Positions 44,006 to 48,273 of a stretch of DNA of 48,273 nt are shown piece by piece (the stretch's first letter is position 1; every line of letters starts with the position of its first letter). The stretch comes from Pirellulaceae bacterium (GTDB taxonomy: Bacteria; Planctomycetota; Planctomycetia; Pirellulales; Pirellulaceae), in NCBI GenBank assembly GCA_040081565.1, contig JBEBGH010000001.1, positions 1-48,273 on the forward strand. Reading direction: 5' to 3'. Under the pieces are notes generated by a model. The model saw only the letters and a list, made by a program, of their open reading frames with translations, ran no database searches and was not told the DNA's origin. The position numbers were made by a program, and so were the translations under genes.

Positions 44006-47000
44006 ATGTCAAACTTCCCGTTTGGGCAAACCATTAGGAAAATTGCTGAAAAAAAGGGCATTAGCCAGTCGGAATTGGCAAAGATAGCCGGTGTATCACG
44101 TGTGCAAATAAACCGAATATTTAATGCAACATCGGAGAGTATTCGAGAGGAAACAAGGCAAAAGCTGCTCGATGCTCTTGGGATTAACTGCGACGAACTT
44201 GAAGTTTCTGATGCTCTCAAATCCTACAAACAAAAGGTGGTGGAAAAGTACAGCGTCAGGTCATTCGCCGGCATGGGATTCGTCGAACCGCAGAAGCGAA
44301 AGCTCGATTCGTTTTATGTTTCACCAAAAGCCGTTAGAAAACAACTGAGCCCAACGGCCAGCGAGTCGAAGAAGTCAGGCGATCCGAGTTGTCACACTGG
44401 ATTAACTTTGCGGCGAAAGTTCGAAAAGAGAGAGGAACCGACGGCAGCGGACGCAATGGTTATGACCTATCCCAATGCGATTGTTTTAGGAGCTCCAGGA
44501 TCTGGCAAGACAACATTAGTGCAATTCATGGCTCAGCGAGTTGCTGATGGAAAGGTCGCCGACGTTGAAATCCCGGTTGTCGTGCGTCTAGCCGAGTTCG
44601 CGTTGGCATTGGAAACACACCCTGAAATTGATTTCATCGATTGGATTGTATCGCGAGCCGAAGAAGTTGGCTGCTCTGACTTGGACGTGCCTCTAAGGCA
44701 ATTGCTGGAGAAAGAATCGCGAGCGATTTTGTTTTTGTTAGATGGGCTCGATGAAGTTCCTGAATCAGAACGCATCAGGAGTAAAGTGGTTAGCGCGACA
44801 GTCGACTTTGTTCGTCGCTTTCCTAATCAACGATACGTTGTCACCTCTCGACCAGCCGGATTTGACCCCCAGCCATGGTCGCCGCTCGGTTTTGAATTTC
44901 TTGAATTGCAAGAGTACAAACGCAGTGAGATTGAAGCCGTGGTGAAGAAATGGAGTTCAATTTTGTCGGGAGACGGAGAAACATCTGAGAATATCGAACA
45001 AGAGTTGCTCGAGGCGATTTTTGCAAATGAGCGAGTACGGCAATTGGCGGCGAATCCTCTGGTGTTGACGATTCTCATAGTCTTGTGCAAATCTCGCGGT
45101 TACGCGTTGCCAAGGCGGCGAGTTGATCTTTACGCAAAACTTTCCGAGGTCTTTCTCGAATCATGGGAAGCCAGCAAACGCAAGGAAACGGGCTATCGCG
45201 AAACTCGTGTAGTTGACTTGGATACTAGAGAGTTGGCGTGGCTTGTGGCAGACTTGGCGTTAGCGATGCAGCGTGCTCGTAAGGTGACTGCACCGCGCTG
45301 GTGGATTGTTGATCGGTTTCAAGAGACCCTTTGTACAAAAATTGGTTTTTCAGCAACCGAAGCGAAAGCGCAAATCGACCCCATCCTTAGATTCATATCA
45401 ACCCGCGCGGGTCTTCTTGCACAGCCACTACCTGACGTATTCGCTTTCGAACATCGGACCTTTCAAGAGTATTTTGCTTCGCTTGGAATTATCGAGGAGG
45501 CAGAATCCAATGATCGACCAATGAGTCTATCGCATTTGCTAAAAGACATGCTTTACGACTCATCGTGGCAGGAGGTTGTGCAGCTGGTCAGTGCTCAAGT
45601 CAGCCCGGCGCGTGCCGAAGAATTACTCAAAACAATTGTTGACGATCCCGATCCACTCGGTCGTTTTCTGGGACGCGGCACCGTTTTGGCTCTTCGCTGT
45701 CTAAGCGACGGAACGACGATTTCCAATCGTAAGTTCACAGATTCTATTTTCAGGAGCCTGCTTGAACGGGGTGGTTCGGAATGGTTGGGAATTACCGCTG
45801 AAATTTTTGCAACTCTCGATGGCCTTGCAGGGACACGTTACGAGCAGGCAGCTAGAGCAGCAAAAAACACAATGCTTGAAAATGCCCAATCGGCGCTGCA
45901 ACCCGAACAATATCAGTGGCTTGTGTTTGAAGGCTGCGTGCGCGAATCCGAAATCGAATGCCCTCCTTATGACGACTCGAAAGCGATCACAACGGCAAAG
46001 ATGACCTGCCGCAGTCTTTCTGAAGACATCAAGCTGATCAACATGCGTTTACTGCAAAGTTCACCCAAAGAGTGGTTTAGCATTGCAAGTAAGTCACTCG
46101 ACAACCGGAGAATAGATGAAGGCGACGCCATTACAATTTTTGAAGGAATTTATCTCGCTGTTTCCAAAGACAAAACATTAAGAGAAGAAGCAAGAAGCGT
46201 GTCACAGCGAGAGATTTCTCGAAAATCGGCTCCGACGGGCACTCGACGGGCAGCCACTCGCGTTTTCAAATCAATCGCTGAATCAGAATCAAATTGGCAG
46301 TTCCTGTTGGATCGGATTCTTGACAACGACGATGACGAGACTTTTCGTCATGATGCGGCGATGATGCTTGGGCGGGATGCCTTTAAGTCAAGGACGATAC
46401 GCGAGATGCTCATGCGAACATGCCGTGATAGACGTATTCCCTCTTGGATTCGTTCGGGCGTGGTTTATGGAATGCGAGAAGCAGTGCTGGATCATCCAGA
46501 TATCGAAAAGTTGCTTGTTGAGCTGGCATCGAAGTCGAATGGACCGAGCGAAACCGCAGTGGTGGCACTAAAACCAGTTAGTGATCGTTACATCGAAGAT
46601 TTCAAGAAGTGGGCGCAAGACGATTCGCCGCGTGCAAAGCCTGCCTGCGAAATTCTGGCGTCACTTTACGCGGCGGGCAAGGTCGACTGGGATTCGTTCG
46701 CTACCGACGTCGTCGCGCTTAGACTTTCGGAATGTGGGCATCCTGATTCCAAAATGGGAGAACCGTGTCCTTGCGCCTTGAATGCCATTCGGGAAATTGT
46801 GGTTACTCGAGATCGAATTGCTGGAATGACCCTAGAAAATATCTTGGCAAAACACTTGCTGCCCTTGGAGACGAAAATCACAAGTGCGTTCTTATTCGGA
46901 TCGGTTGCGCGTGCCGACCAAGAAGCAGATAGTGACGTCGACTTGATGTTGATCGGTGACCTTCACATGAGAGATTTGGCAAGTTTCATTAAGCCTGTTG

Positions 47001-47182
47001 AAAAGATTGTCGGGCGTCGACTGAATCCTGCCGTCTATTCGTTGGCGGAATTCACGAAGAGGAATCGAGAAAACAATACCTTCGTGAAGGACGTCATGGG
47101 GAAACCGAAATCGTTTGTAAAACTACCTGGGAAAATATGCACGGAGGAGCAATTAGAAAATGAGCTTGGAAGAATGGTTTAG
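44006..47182 (+). CDS. HTH(XRE)-NACHT NTPase-helical repeat-nucleotidyltransferase (MNT) fusion protein (NLR-like STAND protein)
   Basis: aa 1-65 form an XRE HTH (IRKIAEKKGISQSELAKIAGVSRVQINRIFN). Walker A GAPGSGKTT is at nt 44489-44512 (K168). Walker B is ILFLLDGLDEV (nt 44726-44755). VVTSRP is the NACHT sensor-1-like motif. aa 560-940 or so are helical repeats. aa 942-1058 form an MNT domain with FLFGSVARADQEADSDVDLMLIGD (G965-S966, D977-x-D979). Confidence 0.85.
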   Translation: MSNFPFGQTIRKIAEKKGISQSELAKIAGVSRVQINRIFNATSESIREETRQKLLDALGINCDELEVSDALKSYKQKVVEKYSVRSFAGMGFVEPQKRKLDSFYVSPKAVRKQLSPTASESKKSGDPSCHTGLTLRRKFEKREEPTAADAMVMTYPNAIVLGAPGSGKTTLVQFMAQRVADGKVADVEIPVVVRLAEFALALETHPEIDFIDWIVSRAEEVGCSDLDVPLRQLLEKESRAILFLLDGLDEVPESERIRSKVVSATVDFVRRFPNQRYVVTSRPAGFDPQPWSPLGFEFLELQEYKRSEIEAVVKKWSSILSGDGETSENIEQELLEAIFANERVRQLAANPLVLTILIVLCKSRGYALPRRRVDLYAKLSEVFLESWEASKRKETGYRETRVVDLDTRELAWLVADLALAMQRARKVTAPRWWIVDRFQETLCTKIGFSATEAKAQIDPILRFISTRAGLLAQPLPDVFAFEHRTFQEYFASLGIIEEAESNDRPMSLSHLLKDMLYDSSWQEVVQLVSAQVSPARAEELLKTIVDDPDPLGRFLGRGTVLALRCLSDGTTISNRKFTDSIFRSLLERGGSEWLGITAEIFATLDGLAGTRYEQAARAAKNTMLENAQSALQPEQYQWLVFEGCVRESEIECPPYDDSKAITTAKMTCRSLSEDIKLINMRLLQSSPKEWFSIASKSLDNRRIDEGDAITIFEGIYLAVSKDKTLREEARSVSQREISRKSAPTGTRRAATRVFKSIAESESNWQFLLDRILDNDDDETFRHDAAMMLGRDAFKSRTIREMLMRTCRDRRIPSWIRSGVVYGMREAVLDHPDIEKLLVELASKSNGPSETAVVALKPVSDRYIEDFKKWAQDDSPRAKPACEILASLYAAGKVDWDSFATDVVALRLSECGHPDSKMGEPCPCALNAIREIVVTRDRIAGMTLENILAKHLLPLETKITSAFLFGSVARADQEADSDVDLMLIGDLHMRDLASFIKPVEKIVGRRLNPAVYSLAEFTKRNRENNTFVKDVMGKPKSFVKLPGKICTEEQLENELGRMV

Positions 47183-47603
47183 AAATTCATGGCTGACCAA
47201 AGCCAACCCCAACAAATCTGAGATAGTTCAGCTTTTGGAAGTTGCAGACCGTGACCTTGCAGACGGGCAAGTCGTAGGCGTCAGTGTCGATGGACGTTAC
47301 GTTCATCTGTATGAAGCTGCCTTAGCGCTTTGTAGTGTCGCCTTGCGCGCTTGTAGTTATCAAGTGAAAAAAGGGCAGGGAAATCACAAAAGGACAATCG
47401 AGTCTTTACCTTTGACCCTTGGAAATGAGTATTCCAAAATCGCTGACCAAATTGATACTGCTTCACGCTTGCGCGGTCAGGCGCAATACGATCGAAGCGG
47501 AGTTGTCAGTGAATCGGACGTAAAGGAACTGCTTGCGATTGTGGTCGAATTAAGGTCCAAGATCACGATTTGGCTAAAAGACAATTATCCTTCCCTGATT
47601 TAA
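47160..47603 (+). CDS. HEPN-like domain protein, putative cognate partner of the MNT domain
   Basis: ATG 47160 is preceded by GGAGGAG (47144-47150) and overlaps the upstream CDS by 23 nt. The 147-aa all-helical pattern matches classical HEPN: ADRDLADGQ...RYVHLYEAALALCSVALRA...GNHKRTIESL...ASRLRGQAQYD. It has R105-x4-Y110 rather than Rx4-6H. Confidence 0.6.
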   Translation: MSLEEWFRNSWLTKANPNKSEIVQLLEVADRDLADGQVVGVSVDGRYVHLYEAALALCSVALRACSYQVKKGQGNHKRTIESLPLTLGNEYSKIADQIDTASRLRGQAQYDRSGVVSESDVKELLAIVVELRSKITIWLKDNYPSLI

Positions 47604-47617
47604 GGCGGCCGCGGCCA

Positions 47618-47941
47618 TTAATCGCTGCATGCTGAATTTGGAAAAACGAACTTCTTCCAAAAAGCCAAGCGACTCAAAAAAGATTTTGGTTTTGCGGTTG
47701 GTGGCGTTGGAGGTTTTGCCGGGCTGGTTAGCTCCGTGATTTGGGTTGGTTGGGGGCGGGTGCCGGTGGCGACTTCGGTGATGATGCGTTTTAGGAGGTT
47801 GTTGATGGGGTCGGTGGCGTTTAGGGCGATTGCGGCGTTGATGGTTTTTGTTGCTTCTGGGATTCGGGCTGCGAGGAGGTAGGCGCAGGCTAGATTGCCG
47901 AGGGTTTCGGCGTCGTCGGGGTGGATCGCGGCGGCTTTCAT
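47618..47941 (-). CDS. Small TPR-like/Pro-Thr-rich ORF, possibly a gene fragment
   Basis: MKAAAIHPDDAETLGNLACAYLLAARIPEATKTINAAIAL resembles a single TPR unit, followed by a P/T-rich tail. The + strand is strongly G+T-skewed here. The alternative 131-aa frame is R/P/H-rich junk. Confidence 0.35.
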   Translation of the reverse strand: MKAAAIHPDDAETLGNLACAYLLAARIPEATKTINAAIALNATDPINNLLKRIITEVATGTRPQPTQITELTSPAKPPTPPTAKPKSFLSRLAFWKKFVFPNSACSD

Positions 47942-48145
47942 CTTGCTTGAAATGAATATGCGACACCATTCGACCTTTGGTCAGGCGTTCTTGCCCGTGT
48001 CAGGCCAAAAAAAGAAATTCTTGCAGAAGTCAGAAAAAAGCGGTGGATGGCGACGGCGTTTTCGCAGAAGTGTAAGTAGCGGATCGCAAAATGTGTCGTT
48101 GAGTTGAACGTTTCCCTAGCCATCTTGAACACCGAGGTTACTGGC

Positions 48146-48273
48146 ATGAAATCAAAGCTGTACAGTTTGTTCTTTTTTTTGTTCGTGTTCGTACTTTCGG
48201 CAAAGACTGGATTTGGCGATCTTTTGGTCGCCGCCACGCATCAAGGGAAAGTCTTGCAGTATTCCAACACAGG
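48146..48273 (+). CDS. 5' end of a secreted protein gene (partial, runs off the window)
   Basis: ATG 48146. MKSKLYSLFFFLFVFVLSAKTGFG is signal-peptide-like, and the frame stays open to the window end. Confidence 0.4.
   Translation, partial: MKSKLYSLFFFLFVFVLSAKTGFGDLLVAATHQGKVLQYSNT

Noticed and set aside
43893-47610. Low-GC genomic island around the NACHT/HEPN pair
   Set aside because: By eye the 5' part looked AT-rich, but my spot counts of five 60-nt lines ranged from 43% to 62% GC (mean about 53%), not clearly different from the neighbours. This needs a real sliding-window calculation, so I make no such claim.
47574-47969. 131-aa ORF on the - strand (alternative frame to the TPR-like ORF)
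   Set aside because: Its product is almost entirely Arg/Pro/His/Asn low-complexity sequence (…RRRRNPRQSS…HHHRSRHRHPPP…), an artefact of the strand-skewed composition.
47938-48237. 99-aa ORF on the - strand at the window end
   Set aside because: It has no recognisable features and overlaps the + strand ORF starting at 48146, which has a convincing signal peptide. I treat it as spurious, with low certainty either way.
1-48273. Mobile elements (IS, integrase, prophage genes)
   Set aside because: No transposase, integrase or recombinase-like translation, and no terminal inverted repeats, were recognised in any frame of the ORF track. The rearrangement signatures reported here (direct repeats, gene fragments) are not associated with identifiable mobility genes.

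Overview
The window reads as chromosomal DNA from a Planctomycetota (Pirellulales-like) bacterium. This is inferred from two PEP-CTERM proteins, Tat-signal DUF1501 and DUF1587/1592/1595/1588/1585-type giant proteins, two ECF sigma factor plus Ser/Thr kinase pairs, and an EF-Tu with an expanded switch-I region. About 35 protein-coding genes are supportable. Most are secreted hydrolases, transporters or housekeeping genes (tuf, TrmH-family methyltransferase, AbgT, FNT, USP, an ABC-2 exporter). I recognised no rRNA, tRNA, CRISPR array, transposase or integrase. The strongest candidate for an undescribed system is at 44.0-47.6 kb. A 1058-aa protein there combines an XRE-type HTH, a NACHT (NLR-like STAND) NTPase, helical repeats and a C-terminal minimal nucleotidyltransferase (MNT, antitoxin-type) domain. 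Its 3' end overlaps by 23 nt a 147-aa HEPN-like ORF that has its own strong RBS. This looks like an MNT/HEPN (type VII toxin-antitoxin-like) pair wired to an NLR-like sensor. Other structural oddities are: (1) a 62-bp tandem repeat of about 2.4 copies covering the start region of the ABC ATPase gene; (2) a roughly 120-bp direct repeat (89% identical), the duplicated 3' end of a HEAT-repeat gene, bracketing a 2.5-kb segment that carries a beta-propeller gene; (3) a second stand-alone MNT-like gene with a 125-nt out-of-frame overlap with an upstream ORF, possibly a frameshift; (4) an EF-Tu gene outside its usual ribosomal or tRNA context, next to an AT-rich orphan ORF. All calls come from reading the ORF translations and the nucleotide sequence. 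No database search was run.
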